DNA of 64,000 bases from an uncultured Opitutia bacterium. GTDB taxonomy: Bacteria > Verrucomicrobiota > Verrucomicrobiia > Opitutales > Opitutaceae. A program made the translations under genes and the position numbers. The notes under the pieces were generated by a model, which was not told the origin of the DNA, searched no databases, and saw only the letters and a list, made by a program, of their open reading frames with translations. Below are positions 8,498 to 17,963 of the stretch, in pieces (positions within the stretch are counted from its first letter, which is position 1; every line of letters starts with the position of its first letter). The stretch lies in assembly GCA_903900845.1 (NCBI GenBank), contig CAIUOU010000079.1, positions 3,264-67,263 on the forward strand. Direction: 5' to 3'.

Positions 8498-11476
8498 TCA
8501 GAACCGGCCGTTGAAGCCCACGGTGATCGTCGTGCCGGGGTAGTTGTAATACTCCATGTTGTCCGTCACGCCACGGTAGCGCCGCTGCGGCTCGTTGGAG
8601 AGATTGTCGACGTCGAGGGTGACGTTGAGCGACGGCCGCAGCTGGTAGGAGAGGCCCAGATTGATGAGCGTGCGCTCCATGCGGTACAGGTTCCGGGCGG
8701 CGGAGGCGGCGCTGTAGGAGGTGAGGAACTCGCCCCCGTAATTGACCAGCAGGCGCGTGCTGAAGCCGCGGTAGCGCCAGCTGAGGCTGGCGTTCGCGGT
8801 GCGCGGCACAAAGCCCGCGATCTGGCCGGTGCCGCGGCGGGCGGTGCCGCCGTAGTTTCCGTGGGTGTCGAGCACGGTGTAATTAATCATGCCGCTCAGG
8901 CCTTTGAGCACGCCGGGCAGGAACGTGAACTGCTGCTGGTAGCTGAACTCCCAGCCCTGCACCACCGCCGTGCCCGCGTTGGCCGAGCTCAGGATCGTCC
9001 AACCGCCGTACTCGCCATTGTAGCCGTTGTCGGCCCCCGTTCCCACCGCCCCCGAATCGATCCCGCTCACGATGTAGTCGCGGATCTCCTTGTGGAACCA
9101 GCCGACCGTGAGGTTACCCACCGGCTCGAAATAGTACTCGAGCGTCGCATCCCAGTTCTTCGCGGTTTGCGGCAGCAGCGCGGGGTTGTTGACCGTGACC
9201 GTGCGCTGGGTCTCGTTGGGGGTCTCGGCGGGCGAAAGATTGCCGAAGGAGGGGCGACCAAAGCTCGTCGACCAGCTGAGGCGCGTCTTCAGGTTGGCCG
9301 TCCAGTCGTGCCACGCGTGCACACTCGGGAAGGACTTGGTGTAGTCGCCGTCGATCACGCGGCGATTGTTGGCGTAATCCCGCGTCGCGCTGCCCGCCGG
9401 GTCGGCGGTCTGCTGAGCGGCGGTGCTGAGCACGCGGGCGCGCACCCAGCCCTCGGCCTCGTTCTCGGTCTTCTCCCAGCGGATGCCGCCGAGGAAACCG
9501 GTGCGGCCCGCCCAACCGTCGCGGCCTAGCTTACCCTGCGCCATGAGGTAGGGCGCGGTGACCGCCTCCACCACATCGCGGTACGCGGTGTACTTGGTCG
9601 TCTCGCGGAAATACAGATCCTCGCGCCAGATCGACGGGTCCGCGACCTCGCGGGACTTCATGAACCACGACGCCTCCCACTGCGGGATGGCGCGGCCTGT
9701 CATCCGACGATCCATCGTGAGCAGGTTCGGGTCATGGGGCAGCGCGGCGGTGCCCGTGTAGCTCCAGCGGCGCGAGGCGCTGCGGACCCCGACGTGCTGC
9801 TCGCGCCAATGGAGGCCGGCCTTGGCGAAAACCGGGGCGGCGACCGGGAGTGTATAGCGGGCGTCGAGGCGGCCCTCCGTGACCTCGTGAATCTGCTGGT
9901 CGTTCTGGTTGGAGAGGCCGTTGGCCGTCGGGCGGTAATTGGCCGGGTTGGTGAAATCGAGGCCCCCGTTGGGAAGGAACTTCGGGTAAAGGTCGGAAGC
10001 CGTGCGGTCGATGATCCAGCCGGTGCCACTGATGCGGTTGGTGAGCACCGCACCCTCGCCGTTGCCGATGTTGATGTGCGTCTGGGTGTACCGGAGATTG
10101 CCCTCCACCTGCAGCGGACCCTTCTCATGCTCGAAACCGGCGTCGACGCGGCGCAGGCGATTGAAGAAGTTGTTCGGACCGGTCATCGTCACGTCGATGA
10201 CCGAGCTCGCCACCGGGCGGATCGTCGTGATCCGCGAGGTGTAGCCCGGGACCACGCTGGTGGTCGCGCTCGGCACGGTGTCCTGCGCCTGCCCGTTGGT
10301 GAAGGCACGGACGGCGTACTGGCGGCGGTACACCTCGGAGTGGTCGATGTAGGTCGTGAGAAAGGACACCTTGGTCGAGGGCGTGAGGCGGTAATCCGTC
10401 TTCAACGTCACGTTCTTTTGCCGGCGATGGTTGTAGAGATCGTCCCACCGGTAGTCCCAGAGGAAGGCCGGCTGCGTGACCGTGTTCTGGAAGTCGCGCG
10501 TCGTGAAGAAGGAGCCGATCGCGGTCTCGCTGTTGAAGAGGGTAAGAGACACGCCGAGGTTCCGGCTGCCGCCGAACATGTCGAAGACCTCCTGGTAGCC
10601 CAGCGTGGCGAGCCCATGGAGGCGGCGATCCTCGCGGCTCGGTATCTGCTGGGTGAACGAAGGCGCGATGCGACCGCTCAACGTGTAGGTGATGCGGCGC
10701 TTCTCGCGCATCGAGAGCGGCGAACGGCTCTTGAAGTTGATCGTGCCGCCCAGGGAATCGGCGCCCTTGTCGGGCGTGTGGCCCTTGACCAGCTCGACCT
10801 GCTCAAACATCGCGCCGGTGATGTTGTTGACGAAGATGGACCGCCCCATGCCGCCCTGACCCGTCATCAGGCCTCCGTCCATGGTGACGCTGTTCAATCC
10901 CGAGCTCATGCCGCGGACGGTGAAACCCGCCAGATTGCCACCGGCGTCGAGCTCGCCGTAGATCCCGGGCAGGCGGATCGCCACCTCGCCCGCGTTGAGG
11001 TTCGGCAGGTTCCCGAAAGAGTCGGTGGCGGCGATGTTCTTCAGGTTCTCGGAATTGCGGTACGCGGTGATGGCGGCCGCGTCGCCCTCGCGCTCACCCA
11101 CCACTTTGAACTGGTCCATCTTGTAGATGCCGGTGGTCAGGTCGAAGTCCTGCGCGACCCGTTGGCCAGCGGCGACCGAGACCTGCCGCCGCACGGGATC
11201 GAGGCCGATGTAGGAAACCAGCACCTCGTGGTTGCCGGCTGGCACGCCGCCGAGCACGTAGCGGCCCGTGTCATCGGTGAGCGCGCTCCGCGCGAGCGCG
11301 GGGATTTCGACGCGCGCGCCGGGCAGGAGATTGCGGGTGGCGGCGTTGCTGATCGTGCCGGTGATCACGCCGGGCTCGGCGCCGGAAGCGGCGGAGATCA
11401 CCAGCCCGAGCACGGCGGCCACGAGGACGAGGCGCGACCGGAGGCCGCGCAGGGGGTTGACAGACAGTTTTAGCAT
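8498..11476 (-). CDS. TonB-dependent receptor (TBDR3) with N-terminal carboxypeptidase-regulatory-like domain
   Basis: Signal peptide. GVITGTISNAATRNLLPGARVEI...TDDTGRY...VSYIG domain, plug motif VELVKGHTPDKGADSLGGTIN, WDATLEYYFEP, ends GRF. Confidence 0.93.
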   Translation of the reverse strand: MLKLSVNPLRGLRSRLVLVAAVLGLVISAASGAEPGVITGTISNAATRNLLPGARVEIPALARSALTDDTGRYVLGGVPAGNHEVLVSYIGLDPVRRQVSVAAGQRVAQDFDLTTGIYKMDQFKVVGEREGDAAAITAYRNSENLKNIAATDSFGNLPNLNAGEVAIRLPGIYGELDAGGNLAGFTVRGMSSGLNSVTMDGGLMTGQGGMGRSIFVNNITGAMFEQVELVKGHTPDKGADSLGGTINFKSRSPLSMREKRRITYTLSGRIAPSFTQQIPSREDRRLHGLATLGYQEVFDMFGGSRNLGVSLTLFNSETAIGSFFTTRDFQNTVTQPAFLWDYRWDDLYNHRRQKNVTLKTDYRLTPSTKVSFLTTYIDHSEVYRRQYAVRAFTNGQAQDTVPSATTSVVPGYTSRITTIRPVASSVIDVTMTGPNNFFNRLRRVDAGFEHEKGPLQVEGNLRYTQTHINIGNGEGAVLTNRISGTGWIIDRTASDLYPKFLPNGGLDFTNPANYRPTANGLSNQNDQQIHEVTEGRLDARYTLPVAAPVFAKAGLHWREQHVGVRSASRRWSYTGTAALPHDPNLLTMDRRMTGRAIPQWEASWFMKSREVADPSIWREDLYFRETTKYTAYRDVVEAVTAPYLMAQGKLGRDGWAGRTGFLGGIRWEKTENEAEGWVRARVLSTAAQQTADPAGSATRDYANNRRVIDGDYTKSFPSVHAWHDWTANLKTRLSWSTSFGRPSFGNLSPAETPNETQRTVTVNNPALLPQTAKNWDATLEYYFEPVGNLTVGWFHKEIRDYIVSGIDSGAVGTGADNGYNGEYGGWTILSSANAGTAVVQGWEFSYQQQFTFLPGVLKGLSGMINYTVLDTHGNYGGTARRGTGQIAGFVPRTANASLSWRYRGFSTRLLVNYGGEFLTSYSAASAARNLYRMERTLINLGLSYQLRPSLNVTLDVDNLSNEPQRRYRGVTDNMEYYNYPGTTITVGFNGRF

Positions 11477-11490
11477 GGTGGGGAGGAAAT

Positions 11491-14418
11491 TCAGAAGCGT
11501 CCGCTGACGCCCACCGTGACGTTTGTTCCGGTGAGGTTGTGGGCCTGGAGCTGGTCTGGAATACCGCGGTACCGGCGCTGCGGTTCGTTGGCGAGGTTAT
11601 CGATGTCGCACGTGAGGCTGAGAGCCGGGCGCAGCTGGTAGGCAAAGCCGAGGTTCTGGATCGTGCGACTGAAGCGGTAGAGATTACGCCCGAGACTCGC
11701 CGGGGAGTAAGTCTGCAGGTGGGCGCCGGTGTAGTTCAGCAGGTAGCGCACGCTGAAGGCGCGATGACGCCAGGAGAGGCTCACGTTACCGGTGCGGGGG
11801 ATGAAGCCGGCCACCTGCCCGGAGGAGAGTTGGGTGCGGCCGCCAAAGTCACCGTGCGTGTCGAGCACCGTGTAATTACCCGAAAACGCGAGGCCGCGCA
11901 GGATCCCCGGCAAAAACGTCAACTGCTGCCGGTAGCCGAGTTCCCAGCCCTGCACGATGGCGCTACCCGCGTTGGCGGAGGACAGCCGCGTGAACCCGGA
12001 GTACTCGCCATTGTAACCGTTGTCGGCACCCGACCCGATGGTGCCCGCGATGATGCCCGATACGATGTAATCGCGGATCTCCTTGCGGAACCAACCCACG
12101 GACAGGTTGCCCACCGGCTCGAAATAGTAGTCGAGCGAGGCGTCCCAGTTGCGGGCGGTCTGGGGCAGCAGGCTGGGATTGTTCGTGGTGACGGTTTGGT
12201 TGGTCTCGTTGACACTCTCGTTCGGCAGCAAGTTGGTCATCGCGGGGCGGCCAAAGCTGGTGGACCAGCTGAGACGCGCCTTGAGATTGGGGGTGAGATC
12301 GCGGGTGAGGTGCATGCTCGGGAAGGCCTTGGTGTAGCCACCCTCCAATTCACGCCGGGTGCCGGCATAGTCGCGTTGCGCCGAGCCCACCGGATCTGCC
12401 GCCTGCTGGGCGGCGGTGCTACCGACGCGCGCGCGGACCCAGCCCCAGCTCCCGGTGTCGGTGCGCTCGACCCGCACGCCACCGAGGAAACCGGTGCCGA
12501 AGGCGCGGCCTTGCGCCATCGCATAAGCGGCGGAAACGCGCTCGTTGGCCCCGCGGGTCCCGGTGAAACGCACCTGCTCGCGGTAATAGAGATCCTCACG
12601 CCACGCGGCGGCCTCGACCGGGGAGCGGGCCCGGATGAAGGCGGCGGCCTCCCATCGCGGCAGACGCAGGCCGGCCTTGTGCTCGGCCAGCGTGCGAATC
12701 GATGAATCCGCCGGCAGGCCCGAAGCGCCGACGTAGTTCCATCGGCGGGCCGCGCTTTCATCATCCGCGCGCGTTTCCCGCAGCTTGAATCCGGCCTTGA
12801 GTGAAAGTGGCTGCGCGGTCGGCAGCGTGAGGCGGGCGTCACCGAAGGCCTCACCCACCCCGATGTTGTTGCCGGTGTTCGCATTCACGAGACCCGCTGG
12901 GGCCGGGCGGTAGTTGGCAGGGTTGGTGAAATCCGGTCCTGCGGTCTGGATCAGCCGCGGGTAAAGGTCGGACGCGGTGCGGTCTAGAATCCAGCCCACT
13001 CCCGCCAGCCGATGGGTGAGCGTGGCCGCCTCGCCACCGTTGCCGGAGTTGATGCGGGTCTGGCTGTACCGCGCGCCCCAGTCGAGGTGCCAGCGCCCGA
13101 AGGTGTGCTCCGCCCCGGCGTCGATGTGCCGCAGGCGGTTCCAAGTGGTGACCATGCCGGCGGTGATCTCCACGATCGAGGCGGCGGCCGGACGGACCTC
13201 CGTGATGCGGTTCGTGTACCCCGGCAGGATACCGGCGGTGCCCGTCGTGCCGACAGTCTGGCTGGTGTAGGCGCGGAGCTCGTGAGTACGACGGTCGGAG
13301 ACGTTGGTGTCGTTGTAGATCGCGTTGAGCCGGAGCCGGGTGGCGGCCGAGAGACGGTGCTCGGCCTTGAGGTTCAGGCTCCACTGCTTGCGGTTCGCGT
13401 AGAAATCGGTCGTGCGGTAGTCCCACAGGTACGCGGGCTCGCGCGTCGTGTTCTCGAAATCGCGCACGGTGGAAAAGTACGCGACGACGTTCTCGCTGTA
13501 GAAAAGATTGAGCGACACACCGAGGTTCCTTTCGCCGCCGGGCACATCGAAAACCTGCTGGTGGGCGACGTTGAAAACAGGATGCACGCGATGCCCCTCG
13601 CGGGCCGGGATCTGCTCGGTGAAGGACGGAGCGGTGCGCAGGTTGAGGCTGTAGGTCGTGCGCCTCGGCTCGCGCAGGCTCAACGGGGAGCGGCTCCGGA
13701 GGTTGAGCGTGCCGCCGAGGGAATCAGCGCCCTTGTCGGGCGTGTGGCCCTTGATGAGCTCGATCTGCTCCAGCATCGTGCCGCTGAAGTTGTTCAGCAT
13801 GGTGTTGCGGGCCATGCCGCCCTGGCCGGTCAGAGGTCCACCGTCGAGCGTGACGGAATTCAGTCCCGGCCCCATGCCGCGGATCGTGAAGCCGGTGTAG
13901 GTGCCGCCATCGTCGGGATTACCGGCGATGCCCGGAAGACGGATCGCGACCTCGGCCGCGTTGAGGTTGGGCAGGTTGCCGAAGGAATCGGCGGCGACCA
14001 CGTTGCGCACGTTATCCGCGTTGCGCTGCGCGGTGATCGCCGCGGCGTCGCCCTCGCGTTCACCGACCACCTTGAACTGGTCCATCCGGTAGATCGCGGT
14101 GGTGAGCTCGAAGTCCTGGCTCAACCGCCCGCCGGCCCCGAGGGCAACCGTCCGGCGCACGGCGTCGAGGCCGATGTAGGTCACAAGCATCTCGTGGCTC
14201 CCGGCGGGCACGCCGCCCAGCGCGTAGCGGCCGGTGTCGTCGGCCAGCGCGGCAAGGGCCAACGCGGGAATCTCGACCCGGGCGCCCGGCAGCAGGTTGC
14301 GCGTGGCAGCGTTGCTGACGCTGCCGGAGATCACTCCGGAGCCAGCGGTGACGGCGTGGCATGACAGGGCGCCGGCGAAGCACCAGGCGATCAGGAGGGG
14401 GAGACGAAGCGGAGTCAT
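11491..14418 (-). CDS. TonB-dependent receptor (TBDR4), close paralogue of TBDR3
   Basis: Same architecture as TBDR3, with identical peptide runs (SNAATRNLLPGARVEIPALA; MDQFKVVGEREGDAAAITA). 14-bp gap to TBDR3. Ends GRF. Confidence 0.93.
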   Translation of the reverse strand: MTPLRLPLLIAWCFAGALSCHAVTAGSGVISGSVSNAATRNLLPGARVEIPALALAALADDTGRYALGGVPAGSHEMLVTYIGLDAVRRTVALGAGGRLSQDFELTTAIYRMDQFKVVGEREGDAAAITAQRNADNVRNVVAADSFGNLPNLNAAEVAIRLPGIAGNPDDGGTYTGFTIRGMGPGLNSVTLDGGPLTGQGGMARNTMLNNFSGTMLEQIELIKGHTPDKGADSLGGTLNLRSRSPLSLREPRRTTYSLNLRTAPSFTEQIPAREGHRVHPVFNVAHQQVFDVPGGERNLGVSLNLFYSENVVAYFSTVRDFENTTREPAYLWDYRTTDFYANRKQWSLNLKAEHRLSAATRLRLNAIYNDTNVSDRRTHELRAYTSQTVGTTGTAGILPGYTNRITEVRPAAASIVEITAGMVTTWNRLRHIDAGAEHTFGRWHLDWGARYSQTRINSGNGGEAATLTHRLAGVGWILDRTASDLYPRLIQTAGPDFTNPANYRPAPAGLVNANTGNNIGVGEAFGDARLTLPTAQPLSLKAGFKLRETRADDESAARRWNYVGASGLPADSSIRTLAEHKAGLRLPRWEAAAFIRARSPVEAAAWREDLYYREQVRFTGTRGANERVSAAYAMAQGRAFGTGFLGGVRVERTDTGSWGWVRARVGSTAAQQAADPVGSAQRDYAGTRRELEGGYTKAFPSMHLTRDLTPNLKARLSWSTSFGRPAMTNLLPNESVNETNQTVTTNNPSLLPQTARNWDASLDYYFEPVGNLSVGWFRKEIRDYIVSGIIAGTIGSGADNGYNGEYSGFTRLSSANAGSAIVQGWELGYRQQLTFLPGILRGLAFSGNYTVLDTHGDFGGRTQLSSGQVAGFIPRTGNVSLSWRHRAFSVRYLLNYTGAHLQTYSPASLGRNLYRFSRTIQNLGFAYQLRPALSLTCDIDNLANEPQRRYRGIPDQLQAHNLTGTNVTVGVSGRF

Positions 14419-14689
14419 CGGCGGGAGCGCACCGGGGGACCGTGCTAGGCTCGACGGAGGCGGCGGGGTTATGATTTCGGGGCTTAGGCAGCCACCCGTG
14501 ACGAGCGGCTGCCGACGTAGCTGACGGACCGGAACCGGAAGGCAAGCCGGCGGTCCGCGGAGCCAAAAACCCGGTGCCCGATCCGGGAATCTTCCGGGGC
14601 CCGCATGAAAATGCGGCAGCCCCGGAACAGTGTTATCCCGGGACGGCGACCGGCGGGAATCGCCCTCTACGGTCGCGCGTTAACCGAAA

Positions 14690-17600
14690 TCAGAAACGAC
14701 GCGTGAGCTCGAGGGTCCAGATCCGGCCCGGAAAGAGCGAGCCGTGGACCGAGGCGGAATAACCGATGGCGCCCGAGCTCATCGGGGGCTCGCGGTCCGT
14801 CAGGTTGGTCACACCGAAACGCACGCCGGTCTGGCGGAGCCAGCGGGGTGCCTGGGCGCCGAAGCGATGGCCGAGGAACGCGTTGTAGGTGAGCACATCG
14901 CTGATCACGTAACGGTACAGGAAGCGTCCGCTGTCGAACTGCTGCGAAACGTAGCGCGGACGTCCGAGCGACTCATAGGAGGCGGCGGTGATGGACGCGG
15001 AGTCGGCGAAACGCCCGATGTAGTAGCCGCTGAGTCCGGCGCTCCACGCGCCCTTGCGCCAATTGACGCTCGTCGTGCCGCGCCAGCGCGTGGCGCCCTC
15101 GACGTTCAGCCGCTCGATGAAATCGGGCGCCCGGCCGGGCACATCGCGCAACTGGTAGTTGCGGATGAGATAGGACCAGTCGGCGTTGAACGAGAACCGG
15201 CCGAAGCGTTCCGCGGGAATCTGGTATCCAACGCTGAGATCCAAGCCGCTGGCGTAGCCCTTGGCGAGGTTCTGGAACTGGATGCTGCGCGAGAGGATGT
15301 TGCCGACCACGGCGGCCTGCTGCGCCGCCGGCTTGCCGGCGTTGTAGGTCGCGAAAGCCGCGACGTCGGCCGCGGTGGGCGCGGTGCGCACGATCGCAGG
15401 GTCTCCCTTGTAGGCCGGCGTGCCCGAACCCACGTCGATCTGGGTGATAGTGCGGCCGGCGGCCAGCTGCGACTGGATGTACGCGTTGAGCTTGGTGGCG
15501 TCGCTGTTGAAAAGCTGCGCGTCCGAGTAGCTGCCGATCACGTTGGACTGGTCGATCTGCCAGTAGTCGGCCGTGACCGTGAGCCCCTTCACCAGCGGGA
15601 CCTCGACGACCACGCCGGCGCTCTTGCCCACCGAGGTCACGGGCTGCAGGGCCAGGTTGCCGGTGGAGTACCGTTTCATGACGTAGGTCGCGTTGCCCAC
15701 GGTCTGGTTGCGGTAGACGTCGGTCTGGCCCGGCGCGCTGTCGACGATGAAGCGGGTCGGGGCGTAGAGCGTGGGCAGGTTAGGCGCCGCGAACCCCTGG
15801 TTGTAGGAGGCGCGCACCATCATCCCGCGGTAAGGCTTCCAGTTCAGCCCGGCCTTCGGCCGCGTCGTGTTGCCGAAGTCGCTGTAGCGCTCGTGCCGGG
15901 CGGATCCGGTCAGCTCGAACGAGTGCAGGAGCGGCAGGCGATGGGTGGGCGCGACCAGCGGGATCACCACCTCGGCGTAGGCGCTGGAGACCTTCCGGTT
16001 GCCGGTGGAGTCGGGCGCGTAGGACGCGACCAGGTAGTCGTTGTCGTCGACGTTGAGGCCGACGCCGGGCGGGTTGCTGCCGACATAGGCCGGCCGCGTG
16101 TCTAGGAACTGCTCGCGCCGGTACTCGGCGCCGACCGCGGCGGAGGCGGTGTTGCCCCAGTAGCGCAGGACCGGGCCGCTCGCGCGCGCGTCGAGGCTCG
16201 CGATCGCGCTGAAGCCGTCGTGGCGCCAGACCTGCACGAACGAGTCGAGCACCGACTTCGGGTTGGAATACGGCTGGTCCGGCACAACGGCGTTACCGGA
16301 GACACGGAACGTGACGCCGAAGGGATTGAACGCGGTGGCATCGGTGCGCTGGAGCGCCTGCTGGAAGAGGGACTCGCGGGCGCCGTTGTTGGAGACGTCG
16401 GACGTGTAGGCGCGGGTGTAAAGTGCGGCGCTCTCCCACGACCAGCCGCCGGGCAGCTTGCCGCGCAGACCGGCGACGCCGCGATAGACTCCGGAACGCA
16501 CATTGATGTTCTCCGGCCCGACCTCACGCAGGAGAACGGAAACCATGGTGACGGCCTGGGGGTTGCCGGTGAGTCGCGGCGTGCCGTCGGCATTGGGCGC
16601 CCCGGTGGGGCTGTAGAAGCGGGATCCGTAGGGGTTGAAAGGGTTGTTCGCGTTCAGCGGCGCGAACTGGTCGGAGCCGGGGGCATTGAGCTGCACCGGC
16701 TGGCGGAGCAGGAACGCGCTCGAGTGGTAGATGGAGAAGTCGGCGAAGGCCGTGACGCGGTCGCCCAGATCGTACTCCAGGCCGGCGAACCAGTTGTGGC
16801 GGTCGGTCTTGTTGTGGCCGGTGTTCTGGTACTGGTTGATGTTGGTGAAGAACTCCGGGCTCGCCGCGCGGGCGGCCACGCTCGCGGTGGGGGAGGAGGT
16901 CGTGAACGTGAGGACCCCGTTGATCGGCCGCAGGAAGTTGGCGGCGGTCGAGGAGCCGATGCGGAAGGACGGGTAGACGCTCACGCTGGAACGCCCGTCG
17001 AACGATCCGCCGAGGGCGTTGAAGCCGGCCGGCGCCCGCGCGGTGCGGTTGGCGTCGCGCGTGAACGCCCGGTCGCGGTACGCGATCTCGTCGCGCCAGA
17101 AGTAATCGAGGGTGAGCAGCAGGCGACCCTTCCCGCCCGCGAAGTCACGGCCGTGCGTGAGCGTGACCTGCAGGTTCTCCCCGCCGCCGTGCTCGGGCGC
17201 GCCGAAGCGGGTGCGGACGTCGGTGCCGCGGAAATCGCGCCGCGTGATGTAGTTGATCACGCCCGCGACGGCGTCGGAGCCGTAAATCGAGGATGCGCCG
17301 TCGCGCAGGACGTCGATGCGTTCGAGGCCCTGGGTGGGGAGCTGGTTCACGTTCGCGTAGAACGCGGGCACGCCGCCGTCGTTCGAGGTGATCGGATGGG
17401 GGGCGATGCGGCGGCCGTTGAGGAGCACCAAGGTGTTGCCGGCGCCGATGCCCCGGAGGTTGACGTTGGCGTTGTCACCGCGGGAGTTGGCGCCGCCGTT
17501 CTGGGACTCGTTGAGCGGGACGTTGGTAATCTGGGGCAGCGCGGTGAGCATCTCGACCGGCGTGAGGGCGTTGCGCACCTCCATCGCCTCGAGGTTGACC

Positions 17601-17800
17601 ACCGTGACCGGAAGCACGTTCTCCTGGTCGAGCCGCTTGAAGTTGGAGCCGGTGACCGTGAAGGCCTCGAGTTTCACGGTATCGCCCGGCTTCGCCGGGG
17701 TCGCGGGGCTGCCGGTCGACACCGCCTGCGCGAAAGCGGAGACGGCGCATCCAAACGGCAGCAGCAGGAGCGGAACGGAACGACGGAGGGTCAGGTGCAT
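14690..17800 (-). CDS. TonB-dependent receptor (TBDR5), distinct subfamily
   Basis: Start moved to ATG 17800. DTVKLEAFTVTGS TonB box, NLRGIGAGNTLVLLNGRR and IDVLRDGASSIYGSDAVAGVINYIT plug motifs. Ends RRF. Confidence 0.94.
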   Translation of the reverse strand: MHLTLRRSVPLLLLPFGCAVSAFAQAVSTGSPATPAKPGDTVKLEAFTVTGSNFKRLDQENVLPVTVVNLEAMEVRNALTPVEMLTALPQITNVPLNESQNGGANSRGDNANVNLRGIGAGNTLVLLNGRRIAPHPITSNDGGVPAFYANVNQLPTQGLERIDVLRDGASSIYGSDAVAGVINYITRRDFRGTDVRTRFGAPEHGGGENLQVTLTHGRDFAGGKGRLLLTLDYFWRDEIAYRDRAFTRDANRTARAPAGFNALGGSFDGRSSVSVYPSFRIGSSTAANFLRPINGVLTFTTSSPTASVAARAASPEFFTNINQYQNTGHNKTDRHNWFAGLEYDLGDRVTAFADFSIYHSSAFLLRQPVQLNAPGSDQFAPLNANNPFNPYGSRFYSPTGAPNADGTPRLTGNPQAVTMVSVLLREVGPENINVRSGVYRGVAGLRGKLPGGWSWESAALYTRAYTSDVSNNGARESLFQQALQRTDATAFNPFGVTFRVSGNAVVPDQPYSNPKSVLDSFVQVWRHDGFSAIASLDARASGPVLRYWGNTASAAVGAEYRREQFLDTRPAYVGSNPPGVGLNVDDNDYLVASYAPDSTGNRKVSSAYAEVVIPLVAPTHRLPLLHSFELTGSARHERYSDFGNTTRPKAGLNWKPYRGMMVRASYNQGFAAPNLPTLYAPTRFIVDSAPGQTDVYRNQTVGNATYVMKRYSTGNLALQPVTSVGKSAGVVVEVPLVKGLTVTADYWQIDQSNVIGSYSDAQLFNSDATKLNAYIQSQLAAGRTITQIDVGSGTPAYKGDPAIVRTAPTAADVAAFATYNAGKPAAQQAAVVGNILSRSIQFQNLAKGYASGLDLSVGYQIPAERFGRFSFNADWSYLIRNYQLRDVPGRAPDFIERLNVEGATRWRGTTSVNWRKGAWSAGLSGYYIGRFADSASITAASYESLGRPRYVSQQFDSGRFLYRYVISDVLTYNAFLGHRFGAQAPRWLRQTGVRFGVTNLTDREPPMSSGAIGYSASVHGSLFPGRIWTLELTRRF

Positions 17801-17963
17801 GGTGAGGAAAGGGCGCAACCCGGCAGGCGGGCCGGCGGGACGCGCAAGCCATGGTGGTCGGCCGCTTCCAAGTCGACCGAAATACCCGCTCCGTCGTGAG
17901 GTTTTCGCCCGTGCCTTGCATCCACCGGGTGTGCGGTTCTTGATTCGTCACAACTCAATTTCC

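Noticed and set aside
14487-14513. 7-bp inverted repeat GGCAGCC/GGCTGCC upstream of TBDR4
   Set aside because: Short GC-only stem, expected by chance at this GC content. No U tract and no second copy were noticed.
17388-17963. N-terminal 192 aa of the 566-aa ORF-track entry
   Set aside because: Overlaps the TBDR5 start antisense. A clean signal peptide begins only at ATG 17964.
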